This document shows, one piece after another, positions 38,620-48,230 of a DNA stretch of 52,397 nt. Source of the DNA: a virus (Duplodnaviria; Heunggongvirae; Uroviricota; Caudoviricetes); the IMG/VR virus record IMGVR_UViG_2690316086_000018; one strand, written 5' to 3'. The notes beneath the pieces were generated by a model that saw nothing but the letters and a program-made list of their open reading frames with translations, was not told where the DNA came from and made no database searches. Position 1 is the stretch's first letter. Each line of letters opens with the position of its first letter. Position numbers and translations under genes: made by a program.

Positions 38620-38910
38620 TTACCCCCTTGCGCGTGGTTTCTTCACACCCGGAACGCTGGCGCGGCCTTCCGCCACATCCTGCCCCCGGCCGGTCAGTTC
38701 CGCGATGAAATAACCGTTAATCAGAACGCGTTTGCGCACCAGTCCCTGCTCGGCAAGCCAGGCAATGTGGGTGTGAACGGTGTCGCGGGACACGCGGTGG
38801 CCGTAATCATCCAGACAGTCCTGGAGCACGGATTCACCCAGTTCACCGTTGTAATCTGCCAGCGACCGCAGAATGACCAGACGCTGATCTTCAGTAATGA
38901 AATCACTCAT
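38620..38910 (-). CDS. Mu gp26-like protein
   Basis: 96 aa; position. Confidence 0.4.
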   Translation of the reverse strand: MSDFITEDQRLVILRSLADYNGELGESVLQDCLDDYGHRVSRDTVHTHIAWLAEQGLVRKRVLINGYFIAELTGRGQDVAEGRASVPGVKKPRARG

Positions 38911-39214
38911 TCGTTTTTTTCCTTACCGCCTGCTCCAGCAGCAGTTCGTTCTGATAGGAGACAGAGCGGAGCGTGGCGTTCGTGGTTTTCAGTTCACCCC
39001 GCAGGGTCACGATTTCCACATTCAGACGGTTGACCTCAGCTTCTGTCGGCAGTGACGACAGGCGGGTTTCCACCTTCTCAACGCGGTCGGAGAGTTTTTC
39101 AAAGGCCTCGCGGGGGACAAACGTTTTGCGCATCAGCGCCATGAATATCCCGCCAGCGGTTGCCGTCGCCGAAAGGATCGGCACAACATAATCTTTAACG
39201 ATGCTGACCCACAT
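38903..39214 (-). CDS. Mu gp25-like small membrane protein (possible releasin of the lysis cassette)
   Basis: 103 aa, N-terminal TM segment then coiled coil. Confidence 0.4.
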   Translation of the reverse strand: MWVSIVKDYVVPILSATATAGGIFMALMRKTFVPREAFEKLSDRVEKVETRLSSLPTEAEVNRLNVEIVTLRGELKTTNATLRSVSYQNELLLEQAVRKKTNE

Positions 39215-39422
39215 GACGGGCCTCCATGATGTTCTGGCAGTTCACACAACGGATGGCATCCGGCACAGCAACAAGACGTGCGGCGGGGATCTCTCCGCCA
39301 CAGTCCGCGCAGACACGTCTGCCCGGAGCATCCATTGCCCGGCGCTTACGTGTCAGCCGGTTACAAAGGGCGCGTTCTGATCCCCGCTCCATCACAGCCT
39401 GAGCACGATCTGAATCATCCAT
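39195..39422 (-). CDS. TraR/DksA-family C4 zinc-finger protein
   Basis: CADCGGEIPAARL...CVNCQ motif; start at ATG 39422 with aaggaaaaagg RBS. Confidence 0.6.
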   Translation of the reverse strand: MDDSDRAQAVMERGSERALCNRLTRKRRAMDAPGRRVCADCGGEIPAARLVAVPDAIRCVNCQNIMEARHVGQHR

Positions 39423-39432
39423 ACCTTTTTCC

Positions 39433-39804
39433 TTACTTCGTCTTTCCTGCCGGAACAGCAGGCGTTCCGGCCATATCAGTAAATTCATGTTGTCGCCGCG
39501 CCTCCAGACGACGAATACTGGCCTTGTCCACGTTGCAGTTCTTGATCACCGCCAGCAGTTGCAGGTTGTAAGTGACCGATGCCCCAAACGTGAACGGCTC
39601 CGGCACAGGAGGGACCAGGCAGTCAGCCAGCCATTCAGCGGGGATCGGCACCGGCTTCACAGGCACGTATTTCACAGACGGCCCGGCGCACCCGATCAGC
39701 CACATCATCAGGAACAGGGGCAGAGGCCGCAGGCACCGCTGCCAGCGACCGGCGGACAACGCTCTGCTGTCCCTCGCTGTGCTGAATGTTCTGTTGTTTT
39801 TCAT
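39433..39804 (-). CDS. o-spanin-like outer-membrane lipoprotein (start uncertain)
   Basis: lipobox LIGC followed by proline-rich segment; overlaps end of i-spanin frame. Confidence 0.45.
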   Translation of the reverse strand: MKNNRTFSTARDSRALSAGRWQRCLRPLPLFLMMWLIGCAGPSVKYVPVKPVPIPAEWLADCLVPPVPEPFTFGASVTYNLQLLAVIKNCNVDKASIRRLEARRQHEFTDMAGTPAVPAGKTK

Positions 39805-40135
39805 TCGTGGCCGCCTCACTGATTTGTGAAATGAGTTGCAGGGTGTGCTGCTGATTTGCCAGCACCTGACGCGCCTCATCCCGCTCACGCACAAGCACCT
39901 GATTATTGTCTTCAAGGCGCTGCGTCTTCTGGTGCATTCCCCATATCGCGGCAACCAGTACAGCGATAATCCCCAGCGCCGCCATGCACGCCCCGGCAAT
40001 CAGGGCCGGTAAGGCATTATTCACCGCAGCCACAGGACACCCCGTAACAGCAGTACCGCACACAGCAGCGCTATCATGAGCGGTCGCCAGAAGCGGTTCA
40101 GACGTTCGGCAAGTCGTAGCGACATAACCATTCAT
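39635..40135 (-). CDS. i-spanin-like protein (start uncertain)
   Basis: TM helix LPALIAGACMAALGIIAVLVAAIWG followed by coiled coil; directly after endolysin. Confidence 0.45.
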   Translation of the reverse strand: MNGYVATTCRTSEPLLATAHDSAAVCGTAVTGCPVAAVNNALPALIAGACMAALGIIAVLVAAIWGMHQKTQRLEDNNQVLVRERDEARQVLANQQHTLQLISQISEAATNEKQQNIQHSEGQQSVVRRSLAAVPAASAPVPDDVADRVRRAVCEIRACEAGADPR

Positions 40136-40598
40136 CCGCCGAACGGCGGGCCTCAAGGCCGGGGAGTTTCACCCCCTTTGAATAAATCCAGCGGATATAC
40201 TGCTTACAGGACGCGGGCATCTGCCCGGCATTGATCAGGCGCAGAAGCGTGGAGTTGCGGAAGTTCGTTTCACCGGCCCAGAAGATCCACGAAGCCAGCG
40301 CCACAGTCTGACCACGGGTAAGCGGCACCTGAACACGCCGATCAATGGCCGCAAAGGCCCATTTCATGTCCTTTTCCAGTAGTTCCAGGCATTCTTCATC
40401 CGTCAGGGTCATACCCGGTTTCACATCCGGGCCGGTATGGCCGTAACAGATGGTGGGTGTACCGGTGGGATCGATATACGTGGAGTTTTCTTTCCCTTCC
40501 CAGTAACCGGTGTAATGCGTGGCAATCGTGAACGTCCCGGCACCGGCCAGAACAAGGGCAATCAGCTTTTTACGCAGTGGTGCGGGGAGTTTTGGCAT
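40098..40598 (-). CDS. SAR-type endolysin (T4-lysozyme-like)
   Basis: N-terminal hydrophobic SAR-like segment LIALVLAGAGTFTIA then E-x8-D-x5-T catalytic pattern (EGKENSTYIDPTGTPTICYGHT). Confidence 0.8.
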   Translation of the reverse strand: MPKLPAPLRKKLIALVLAGAGTFTIATHYTGYWEGKENSTYIDPTGTPTICYGHTGPDVKPGMTLTDEECLELLEKDMKWAFAAIDRRVQVPLTRGQTVALASWIFWAGETNFRNSTLLRLINAGQMPASCKQYIRWIYSKGVKLPGLEARRSADEWLCRYDLPNV

Positions 40599-40669
40599 TG
40601 TTACGCTGTCTCATGATGTTCTCTGAGTCAGCGTAACGGTGAAGGAAAGGCGGCAGGCTTTGCGGAATA

Positions 40670-41095
40670 TCAGAAAAGTGGCGGTTGCGTTCTTGCCAGA
40701 TGCAGACGGCGCTGTTCACGTATGACGGTATAAATCTGGGTTTCTGACATCCGGTAATGGCGGCGAAGGGATTCAATTTTCTCGCCCCGGTCCCAGCGCG
40801 AAAATATCTCATTGTTTCGCAGCTCGGCAAAGAGAGATTCCCCGACCGGCAGGTAATAACCCCGTCCGCCCATATAGGCTGCCTGAGCCGCAGCCACCTT
40901 GCGTGCCAGTTTACCGGCCAGTACCGGCTCAATCCCCTGACGCTGAAGTTCTGCGCCGGTGACTTCAACCAGTTCTGACAGGGTCCGCGGCCAGTTCTTT
41001 TTGAGAACATCATCAGGGATGTCATCAAGGCGGTCGATAAGGGCGTGCAGTTGCTCACTGTCACCACCAAACATGCTCATCTGAGTTTCTGCCAT
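40670..41095 (-). CDS. mor: Mor/C-family transcriptional activator
   Basis: 141 aa with C-terminal HTH (MSETQIYTVIREQRR); between gemA-like and lysis genes. Confidence 0.65.
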   Translation of the reverse strand: MAETQMSMFGGDSEQLHALIDRLDDIPDDVLKKNWPRTLSELVEVTGAELQRQGIEPVLAGKLARKVAAAQAAYMGGRGYYLPVGESLFAELRNNEIFSRWDRGEKIESLRRHYRMSETQIYTVIREQRRLHLARTQPPLF

Positions 41096-41164
41096 ATCAG
41101 CCTCCGGTTCTCGCGTTCCCGGTAAGTTTAAAATAAAAATCCCGCGTTGTGGCGGGATTTGGAG

Positions 41165-41674
41165 TTAACGGGGAAGTGATTTTTCATACTGCCTGCAAAC
41201 GGCGTCATACCCCATCAGCGTGCGTTCGGGCATTCCCATCGCGGCCAGCATTTTGCGGCGGTGCCATCGCTTGAGACGCTCCAGCACATCTGAGGCCAGG
41301 GCGGGGTGTTGCTCCAGCCACTGCCAGTTTGCCACACCTTCGCCGCCGTTCTGCGCGGCCGTCTGCGATTTCACCCAGCGGTTAAGGGCGGTTTCCGCAC
41401 CATCGGTGATAAAGCCCTGCCGGTGCATCACCTTCCAGATGGCGCGAATTTTGGCGGTCACCGTACCCGGTTTTAAGGCCCGGTTAACCGGGTTCTGACG
41501 CACTTTAAAACCGCGTTTTTTGAAAACATCCAGCACGCGGGATAACTCATCCGGTGACATATCCCGGCAGCTGGTTTTGCCGGTGGCTGCCAGCAGCGCG
41601 GATGTATAAGTCTCATCATCCAGGGCAAGCTCGCGCTTTGCCACATGAATGGCGGATATCAGTTTTCCTCTCAT
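41165..41674 (-). CDS. gemA: GemA-like protein (Mu gp16 family)
   Basis: N-terminus LISAIHVAKRELALDDETY typical of the gp16/GemA family. Confidence 0.65.
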   Translation of the reverse strand: MRGKLISAIHVAKRELALDDETYTSALLAATGKTSCRDMSPDELSRVLDVFKKRGFKVRQNPVNRALKPGTVTAKIRAIWKVMHRQGFITDGAETALNRWVKSQTAAQNGGEGVANWQWLEQHPALASDVLERLKRWHRRKMLAAMGMPERTLMGYDAVCRQYEKSLPR

Positions 41675-41967
41675 ACCGTATTTACCTTTTTACGGACATG
41701 GAAAGCCTTTTCTGCCTCATCCCACCGGGCATGGTGTGTTGGTGGAATAATCATTATGTGCCAGCCATCTCTGGTTGTTATCCGGCAGAAAAATTCACCG
41801 CTATATAACACAATGGCCTGCTGAATGAGCGCATCAGCCGCCCGTTCAACCGGATGTCTTTTATCAAAAAAGCAGATGATTTTTCGACATAACCACCGGG
41901 TAATAACAAATGCGCCGAAAAAGGATGTGATATATAAGCACCAGAACAACAGAGAACTATTGTCCAT
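41671..41967 (-). CDS. hypothetical membrane protein (early region)
   Basis: 98 aa, hydrophobic N-terminus. Confidence 0.4.
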   Translation of the reverse strand: MDNSSLLFWCLYITSFFGAFVITRWLCRKIICFFDKRHPVERAADALIQQAIVLYSGEFFCRITTRDGWHIMIIPPTHHARWDEAEKAFHVRKKVNTV

Positions 41968-42154
41968 TATCTTTCTCCTTATTCACTCTTCTGCGGCATT
42001 CGGCACAGTCATCAGGGCTTTCAAATGTATCCGGCTCGCGATTATGAGCCAGATATAACCACCGTCCACATATACTGATATTTTCGCCTGTTTTAAAAAA
42101 ATGATGCTTCCTGGCCATTAGTGGCCGCGCCCATCCAGCGGGTAGACTATTCAT
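41957..42154 (-). CDS. hypothetical small Cys-containing protein
   Basis: 65-aa ORF in early operon. Confidence 0.35.
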   Translation of the reverse strand: MNSLPAGWARPLMARKHHFFKTGENISICGRWLYLAHNREPDTFESPDDCAECRRRVNKEKDNGQ

Positions 42155-42482
42155 TTGCTTTATCCTCCATGCTGGACAGAATCATATGTATTAATGTCGG
42201 GCGTGGAGATATACGCATTTCATTAAGCGTCTGAAGGGCAGCAACAGCTGCCTGTTTATCGGTGCCTTTGGCAATTTCAGCAAGAGAATGCACAATCCAT
42301 AACGGGCTTAACGCTACGGCTGAATGCAGAATCATGTCATCCATAATAATTTCTGGCATATCCCGTTTGTCACATTCTTTATCCATAAAAGAAACGATTT
42401 TTTCTGCATCTTCCGGTTTCATGCCTCCGGCGATGAGAATTTTACGATATTCATAAGACGATCTTAATTCAATACTCATCAT
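42147..42482 (-). CDS. hypothetical early-region protein
   Basis: 111 aa, translationally coupled run. Confidence 0.4.
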   Translation of the reverse strand: MMSIELRSSYEYRKILIAGGMKPEDAEKIVSFMDKECDKRDMPEIIMDDMILHSAVALSPLWIVHSLAEIAKGTDKQAAVAALQTLNEMRISPRPTLIHMILSSMEDKANE

Positions 42483-42494
42483 TCACCTGCCTGT

Positions 42495-42887
42495 TTAATC
42501 AGTTTCCAGTGCTTTGCTACGGGCAACAGCCTCACACTCAAAAAATACCGACTCCGGCACACGCTCCTTTAATTCACGAACAAGAAAATCATTAACGAGT
42601 TCATGACGTCTTATATTTCTTTCCTTTTCCTCCTGGCGCAATACAGCAAGGCGGTATTCAACAGTCCGGCGTTGTTTCTGAAAGACAGCCAGTGCTTTTC
42701 TGGCAGAGTTACGCCATGTATCATCGCCACAGGGTTCGTATTCAAGCTGAAATTTAATCTCTTCAATGGTTTCTTTTATTTTTGCCAGCAAGCTAAGACA
42801 GTCGCTGATTGTCTTCAGTTTTTCATTATCAATATAACTTCTCACGCACTCACCTCCCGTCATTCCGGTAAAGCTGAAATATGGCAC
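42495..42887 (-). CDS. hypothetical early-region protein
   Basis: 130 aa. Confidence 0.4.
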   Translation of the reverse strand: MPYFSFTGMTGGECVRSYIDNEKLKTISDCLSLLAKIKETIEEIKFQLEYEPCGDDTWRNSARKALAVFQKQRRTVEYRLAVLRQEEKERNIRRHELVNDFLVRELKERVPESVFFECEAVARSKALETD

Positions 42888-43171
42888 CAGTGCGTCACCT
42901 GTCCGTCCTCATCTTCAAGGCAGGCTCCGGTTTCTTCATCAATAAAAAAGCCTTCATACCCCATATGGCCGATGCGCAGTTCCTGTTGGTCACCATACTG
43001 AACAATCAGCACGACAGCCTCCATATCAGGCGGAAATGCGTCATCCAGTGAATGCCAGGGATAACCGCGCAAATCCCCGAAATAAACACCGGTCAGCGTT
43101 CCGCCACAAACCGACATTCCGGCGGCACATACCAGAGGCTCGTCTGATTCAACAAATAATGTCGTTATCAT
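42860..43171 (-). CDS. hypothetical early-region protein
   Basis: 103 aa. Confidence 0.4.
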   Translation of the reverse strand: MITTLFVESDEPLVCAAGMSVCGGTLTGVYFGDLRGYPWHSLDDAFPPDMEAVVLIVQYGDQQELRIGHMGYEGFFIDEETGACLEDEDGQVTHWCHISALPE

Positions 43172-43719
43172 GGCATTAACTCCCGTAATACAACATCTTC
43201 GGCAGTCCGGCGATGGTGATAAATAAAATTCACCGTACTCTCGGATAATTCAAATTTCTCGCCTATTTCCCGGAAGGTAAGACGTCGTGGTGATTCAGCA
43301 TCCCGTAATTCACGAATAAGATGAACATCATCATCAGGTATACGGGTGAAGGGCAGCAACTCTCCGTATTTTTTCATGCTTACGCCAATATATCGCGCCC
43401 GTTTGTGGACAGAATCCCGGTCTCGCCCCAGATATTCTCCTATTTGCTTACCGGTCATCGTTCTGGCATTTTTTCGGATAAATTTATCTTCATCATGTTT
43501 AAATCTTGGACGTTTGCATTTGAGCAACTCCGGGTAAGTACCGCGTAATAAAACAATCCGGTTATGTACACCCCAGAAACTTCTTTTTACCCTGACAGCA
43601 ATATCCTTAACCGGGGTGGATGGATAAAGCGCAATCAGCAGTGCATCTTCTTCAGGTGTCCACGCACGGACATGAGCGGGTGCACGGCCTTTTCGCCCCA
43701 TGGGTTGTAAAATCATCAT
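43168..43719 (-). CDS. hypothetical early-region protein (possible DNA-binding)
   Basis: 183 aa, basic. Confidence 0.4.
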   Translation of the reverse strand: MMILQPMGRKGRAPAHVRAWTPEEDALLIALYPSTPVKDIAVRVKRSFWGVHNRIVLLRGTYPELLKCKRPRFKHDEDKFIRKNARTMTGKQIGEYLGRDRDSVHKRARYIGVSMKKYGELLPFTRIPDDDVHLIRELRDAESPRRLTFREIGEKFELSESTVNFIYHHRRTAEDVVLRELMP

Positions 43720-43722
43720 ACA

Positions 43723-44238
43723 TCACCCCCTGACTCGCTTTTCAGCAGCATAAAACTCATCAGACAGAATTTCGGTCATTTTCTGTTTTGCGGGTTTTAC
43801 GCCGCACTGAAGGTAAATCACATCGTCAACGCAGAACCACTCCACAGGGCCAAACAGGATTGCCGAGAAATCAATACCCAGCCAGAACAACAGGGCATCG
43901 GTTCTGGCATACGTGACGGGCGAATATTCACGCCACAGACTGTTAAGTTCGTCAGAGGCAGCGCACAGGGCTTTGGGAATACACGATGTGCGCGGCGTGC
44001 AGCTCCAGCCATTCGACGCAGTCGGTTTTCGCCATAAGTCGCGATGAAAAGGATATTTGTTATCCGTAAAACGCAGTCCTTTAAAATAAAAACCATTGAT
44101 ACCGGATACAAATACCGACCGACAATCAACATTCAGCACGGCCTCAAGACGTTTTGCCTCATCCTTAACTTTCTTGTAGTCCTGCTGGTATTTTTGCCAC
44201 GCAGCCAGCGCGGAAGGGTTTGATGTTTTAAAGAACAT
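43723..44238 (-). CDS. hypothetical early-region protein
   Basis: 171 aa. Confidence 0.4.
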   Translation of the reverse strand: MFFKTSNPSALAAWQKYQQDYKKVKDEAKRLEAVLNVDCRSVFVSGINGFYFKGLRFTDNKYPFHRDLWRKPTASNGWSCTPRTSCIPKALCAASDELNSLWREYSPVTYARTDALLFWLGIDFSAILFGPVEWFCVDDVIYLQCGVKPAKQKMTEILSDEFYAAEKRVRG

Positions 44239-44771
44239 TACGCCACCTCCGCAGATATCCCGGCAGGCGCAGCCGTCCGGTCAACAATCAGGTAACGCAG
44301 AACATGTTCGGTGATATTCCAGCCGCTTAAACCGCAGATAATGACACCCAGGCGAATGTCGATATACGCCATCACAAACTGGGGCACGCCTTCTTTCATG
44401 GCCTGCTCATCAACTTCAGCCACCACATAAACGGTTTCGCAGGTCAGTACGCCCTGAGCAAATTCCCACGCCATCGACGGAATATCATGCCCCTCAATCC
44501 ACGGCAGGGACTTTCTGAAGCTGCACCACTGAACATCATCAGCCGCACCTTCCTGGCTGCATTTGCGACGAACCGGCTGCACCGGGCGGGGACGCGGAAT
44601 ATCATAAAAACCGTTACATTCCGTCAGCACCCCGGCATCGACCGCATCACGCAGAAAATAAACCATCGAGGATGGCGGCATATTCATTTTTTCAGCCAGA
44701 ATGCCGCAGGTCAGACGCCCGTAAATACTCAGCCAGTTTTTAACCCCTTCAAGCACTTTTGCATCAATCAT
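44238..44771 (-). CDS. hypothetical early-region protein
   Basis: 177 aa. Confidence 0.4.
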   Translation of the reverse strand: MIDAKVLEGVKNWLSIYGRLTCGILAEKMNMPPSSMVYFLRDAVDAGVLTECNGFYDIPRPRPVQPVRRKCSQEGAADDVQWCSFRKSLPWIEGHDIPSMAWEFAQGVLTCETVYVVAEVDEQAMKEGVPQFVMAYIDIRLGVIICGLSGWNITEHVLRYLIVDRTAAPAGISAEVA

Positions 44772-44774
44772 GAA

Positions 44775-45317
44775 TTATTCCTCCGTCAGCGCCACATATT
44801 CAGAATGTTTAATTTCCTGGCATTCTTCAGGAATACACCCTTTTATTTCCCTGCCATAAGCGCCTACTTTAAACACCACGCACAGGGCATCACGGGAGAG
44901 CGACGGGGTCCACCAGGAGTCCGTGTTAAACATGGAGGGGATTCTCATTACCCCCAGCTTTTCACAGAGCCAGACAAGGAAATCAGGACGCTTTCTTAAC
45001 TCGCGTTCAGCGGCTTCAATCATTGCGGCAATCGCCGGTCCTTCAGGGCATGACTCATCAGGTCTGGCAATAAAGCACGGTCCGTCCCCGATAAAAGCCA
45101 CATCATCGCGCTTACGCCAGCCCGCAGGCAGAGCACCAGAAAAATAAAACTCACTGATTACGTCCATGGCAAACGGCTTTAAGCGCAATCCGGCAGCGCC
45201 TGTATTTTTCAGTAATGCCCGAAGAATACTGTTGCGTAGCGGTAAAACAGTCTGTTGATATTTGGTGAAATATTTATTTGTCTGCACACGGTCTAATTTG
45301 AAATAAAAATATGCCAT
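44775..45317 (-). CDS. hypothetical early-region protein
   Basis: 180 aa. Confidence 0.4.
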   Translation of the reverse strand: MAYFYFKLDRVQTNKYFTKYQQTVLPLRNSILRALLKNTGAAGLRLKPFAMDVISEFYFSGALPAGWRKRDDVAFIGDGPCFIARPDESCPEGPAIAAMIEAAERELRKRPDFLVWLCEKLGVMRIPSMFNTDSWWTPSLSRDALCVVFKVGAYGREIKGCIPEECQEIKHSEYVALTEE

Positions 45318-45414
45318 ATATCCTGTTCCTTATTTTCAGTTTACAGGCGCAGGCAGTCCCCTGACGCGAGCGCCATAATTAAAACGAAGTGATATTTAAT
45401 TGATTAATGCGGTG

Positions 45415-45945
45415 TTATTTATTCAGTCCGGCGTCCTGTTCAAAAGGCTCGACATAAAAACTTTCAGCGCCTTTATTCACCTTAATACCGGCAATCCCTT
45501 TCACCGCATCCGGCTCCGCCAGGACCGCTTCCTTGTTCACTTCCTCTTTCGTGCGGATAAAACGCTCAAGGCCCATACGGCGCAGCATTTCAATCACACC
45601 TTCCACATCACGACTGACGCTGCATGATGGATTCCCCAGTCGCCATGACACCGTTCCGGTGGTCAGATTGGCAGTTTTGGTTTTGCCGCCGTTCGTCAGC
45701 TCATCACGGTTGGTTTTGCACCAGTCCTGAATCCCCTTAAAAAGCACTTTGATTTCTTTTTTAAGGTTTTCAATCTGCGGCGTATAACGGGCGGTGATTT
45801 CTGCCACTTCATCATTCATCGCTGTTTCCAGGCGCAGCGCCTCTCGCTGAATATCGCCCAGGGTGCGGATATCGCGGCTGACCTCTTCACGGGTCTGCGG
45901 TGCCGCCTCTGCTGCGGCCTTTAATTTTGTAACGCGTTTTGCCAT
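45415..45945 (-). CDS. gam: Gam-like host-nuclease inhibitor (DNA-end binding)
   Basis: near-collinear match to Mu Gam: RLETAMNDEVAEIT...NRDELTNGGKTKTANLTTGTVSWR...ERFIRTKEEVNKEA. Confidence 0.85.
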   Translation of the reverse strand: MAKRVTKLKAAAEAAPQTREEVSRDIRTLGDIQREALRLETAMNDEVAEITARYTPQIENLKKEIKVLFKGIQDWCKTNRDELTNGGKTKTANLTTGTVSWRLGNPSCSVSRDVEGVIEMLRRMGLERFIRTKEEVNKEAVLAEPDAVKGIAGIKVNKGAESFYVEPFEQDAGLNK

Positions 45946-45956
45946 TTTGTTTTTCC

Positions 45957-46277
45957 TTATTGCAGTGTGCCTGATGCTTTATGCACGCGGTGGCGTTTAA
46001 TGATGGCATCCGCCCCAAAAGCCTGTACAGATGCCTGAAATTCCGCTGAGAGAAACTGAATAATTTCAGGGCTGTGATACTGGAGAATACTTGCATAAAC
46101 GTCACAGAGTGACGTCGGCCTGTTATTCGTATCACGTTCTGTTTTTACATCCACACCAATCTTTTCATGCACTTCAACACAGTCATTGCCTGCCGGTTTT
46201 TCGTCATGCGAAACATGCTTAAATTCAAAAATAACGCGTACTTTGCTCATGGAATTACCCCTGCTGATTAAATTCAT
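45957..46277 (-). CDS. hypothetical protein, paralogue of 46255-46527
   Basis: N-terminus MSKVRVIFEFKHV resembles MSKVVRIIFEYKEHV of neighbour. Confidence 0.4.
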   Translation of the reverse strand: MNLISRGNSMSKVRVIFEFKHVSHDEKPAGNDCVEVHEKIGVDVKTERDTNNRPTSLCDVYASILQYHSPEIIQFLSAEFQASVQAFGADAIIKRHRVHKASGTLQ

Positions 46278-46527
46278 TACCTTTAATAACCCCGGAACGC
46301 ATGCTCATATCTTTCATGAGCGCACTGGCTTTCATTGCCACAAGTTCAGCAAAGTCTCTGCTTTCCGCGAGCATAACCACCCCAAAAATCATGGCGGGTC
46401 CATCACCTTTCTGCTTTATCCCGGTTGAACGTATGTCCAGACTTACCCCCATGCGCACTGTTCCATCAGCGTTTTTATGGATAACGTGCTCCTTGTATTC
46501 GAAAATAATGCGTACGACTTTACTCAT
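46255..46527 (-). CDS. hypothetical protein, paralogue of 45957-46277
   Basis: 90 aa; shared N-terminal motif. Confidence 0.4.
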   Translation of the reverse strand: MSKVVRIIFEYKEHVIHKNADGTVRMGVSLDIRSTGIKQKGDGPAMIFGVVMLAESRDFAELVAMKASALMKDMSMRSGVIKGNEFNQQG

Positions 46528-46805
46528 CCTCTGGTCCTCGTTCTGTTTGGATAACTGACCCGGCGTCTGACCTCACGGCAGAACCGAATCATGGCATTAA
46601 AGGCTTCTTCCTCCGTCACCGCTTCCGGTATCCCCGGAACCAGTAACTGCTCCTGTTCATCACGTCCATGACGCGCCATAACCTCAATCACATGCCGTAC
46701 CGTGGCAGGCTTTCCGGCAACTATCGGCAATGCACCTTCCGGCAGGACGTAACCAAACTCAATAAGACCACTCGACCACGCCCATGCAATGAGATTTTTT
46801 TTCAC
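46524..46805 (-). CDS. hypothetical early-region protein
   Basis: 93 aa. Confidence 0.4.
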   Translation of the reverse strand: MKKNLIAWAWSSGLIEFGYVLPEGALPIVAGKPATVRHVIEVMARHGRDEQEQLLVPGIPEAVTEEEAFNAMIRFCREVRRRVSYPNRTRTRG

Positions 46806-46806
46806 C

Positions 46807-47073
46807 TCACACCTCCCAGTAAACCGTGCAGCCGCTGATGCGGGTGGCCTTCACACGGCGGCGCAGGCCGTTGGTCTGTATGGTGATTTCAATTTCACCG
46901 GTTCCCTGCACGTTGCCTACCGGCGGCGTGGTTTTCAGTGCAAAACGTTGCGGATAGCGCTTACTGCGTTCCAGTACCGCACCGGCAAGTTCGGTCAGAC
47001 GGCGCGCGCTGTTCAGGGAGTCGAATAAATTCATTTTGTTACCGCAGGATTGCATATTCATATAACACCTCAT
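46807..47073 (-). CDS. hypothetical early-region protein
   Basis: 88 aa. Confidence 0.35.
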   Translation of the reverse strand: MRCYMNMQSCGNKMNLFDSLNSARRLTELAGAVLERSKRYPQRFALKTTPPVGNVQGTGEIEITIQTNGLRRRVKATRISGCTVYWEV

Positions 47074-47301
47074 TTAGCTGACTTGTTTCGCACCAACAGA
47101 ACGGCATATTCCGCTGTAAACGTCTGTCGCACCTTCTCGATCAAGTCCGGCAGATATCACCATTCGTGTGCGGTCATTAAATTCAAAAAGTAAATCGCCA
47201 CATTCTTTATTTTCGGCCAGTGAAATCACCTTCACGTTATCGAAATTAACCAGGTAAAAGCGTCCGTAAATATCAGGAATATTAAATACCGCCATAATCA
47301 C
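47074..47301 (-). CDS. hypothetical early-region protein (kil-position)
   Basis: 75 aa immediately downstream of B. Confidence 0.35.
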   Translation of the reverse strand: MIMAVFNIPDIYGRFYLVNFDNVKVISLAENKECGDLLFEFNDRTRMVISAGLDREGATDVYSGICRSVGAKQVS

Positions 47302-48230
47302 ACCTGTGAGAGTAATTCAGGGTTGGTATAAACCTCTTTAAAGGCCGCATTAATATGTTTTTCTGTCAGCGCCGCGCCTTCACCGCTGGCGGTGAGCCAC
47401 GCCTGGTTAAGCGTATGTGTCAGAACGCGTAACGCTCCCGGCTTTTCAGCGATAGCCTGCATGACGGCCAGCTCGGCCTCACCACTGATCCCCCACGCCC
47501 TGGCAATGGCCAGCACATCCGCCTTTTTGGCCTTGCGAAGTTGTTTTGTACGGGCAAGACGGCTGAACAGGCGCGATAAATCATCAAAGGTGCGGCGTCC
47601 ACCTTTAAACAATCCGCGCGGGTTACCAATAAGCACCATCCCGATCCCCGTGGCGTCCTGAATTGCCCGGAGTTGCTCCAGACCGTCAATACCAAGATGA
47701 TCCGCCTCATCCACAATAACCAGTCCACGCGTTCCCATCAGGCGACGGCGGATGGCGCGGGATAATGCCCCTTTGTTCGCGCGGGTGTAATCAATCCCCA
47801 GCGCATCGGCCAGCTCCAGCAGACACTCCGTGACGCTGGAGTGCGCGGGTGACAGGGTGATCATCCAGGTGTTTGGTTGCTCCTGGCAGTAATTACGGGC
47901 AGTGGCCGTTTTACCCACACCCGGTACGCCCACAATAACGTTAATACAGCCCATCAGACGAACCGCCTGAAACAGTGCGCGCAGCTCCTGGACTGTCTGC
48001 GTTTCCACAAACTGCGGCGGTTCCGGCAGTGCGCTTTGTTTATTCCAGTTCTCATACCAGGAACGCAGGGAAGCAGCCACAGCAGCGTTATCGCCTTTAT
48101 ATTTTCCCTTACGGAAAGCCGATAATGTGCCGTCGGAAATTCCCGCCTCTCTGGCGATGGCATACTGCGTCAGTACGCCGCCATCAATAAGTTCATCAAT
48201 GGTCTTGATTACATCGTTAATATCAGTCAT
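47298..48230 (-). CDS. B: MuB-like AAA+ ATPase (transposition target-DNA activator)
   Basis: near-collinear similarity to Mu B: GDNAAVAASLRSWYENW...LPEPPQFVETQTVQEL...GVPGVGKT...GLVIVDEADHLG...KPGALRVL. Confidence 0.9.
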   Translation of the reverse strand: MTDINDVIKTIDELIDGGVLTQYAIAREAGISDGTLSAFRKGKYKGDNAAVAASLRSWYENWNKQSALPEPPQFVETQTVQELRALFQAVRLMGCINVIVGVPGVGKTATARNYCQEQPNTWMITLSPAHSSVTECLLELADALGIDYTRANKGALSRAIRRRLMGTRGLVIVDEADHLGIDGLEQLRAIQDATGIGMVLIGNPRGLFKGGRRTFDDLSRLFSRLARTKQLRKAKKADVLAIARAWGISGEAELAVMQAIAEKPGALRVLTHTLNQAWLTASGEGAALTEKHINAAFKEVYTNPELLSQV

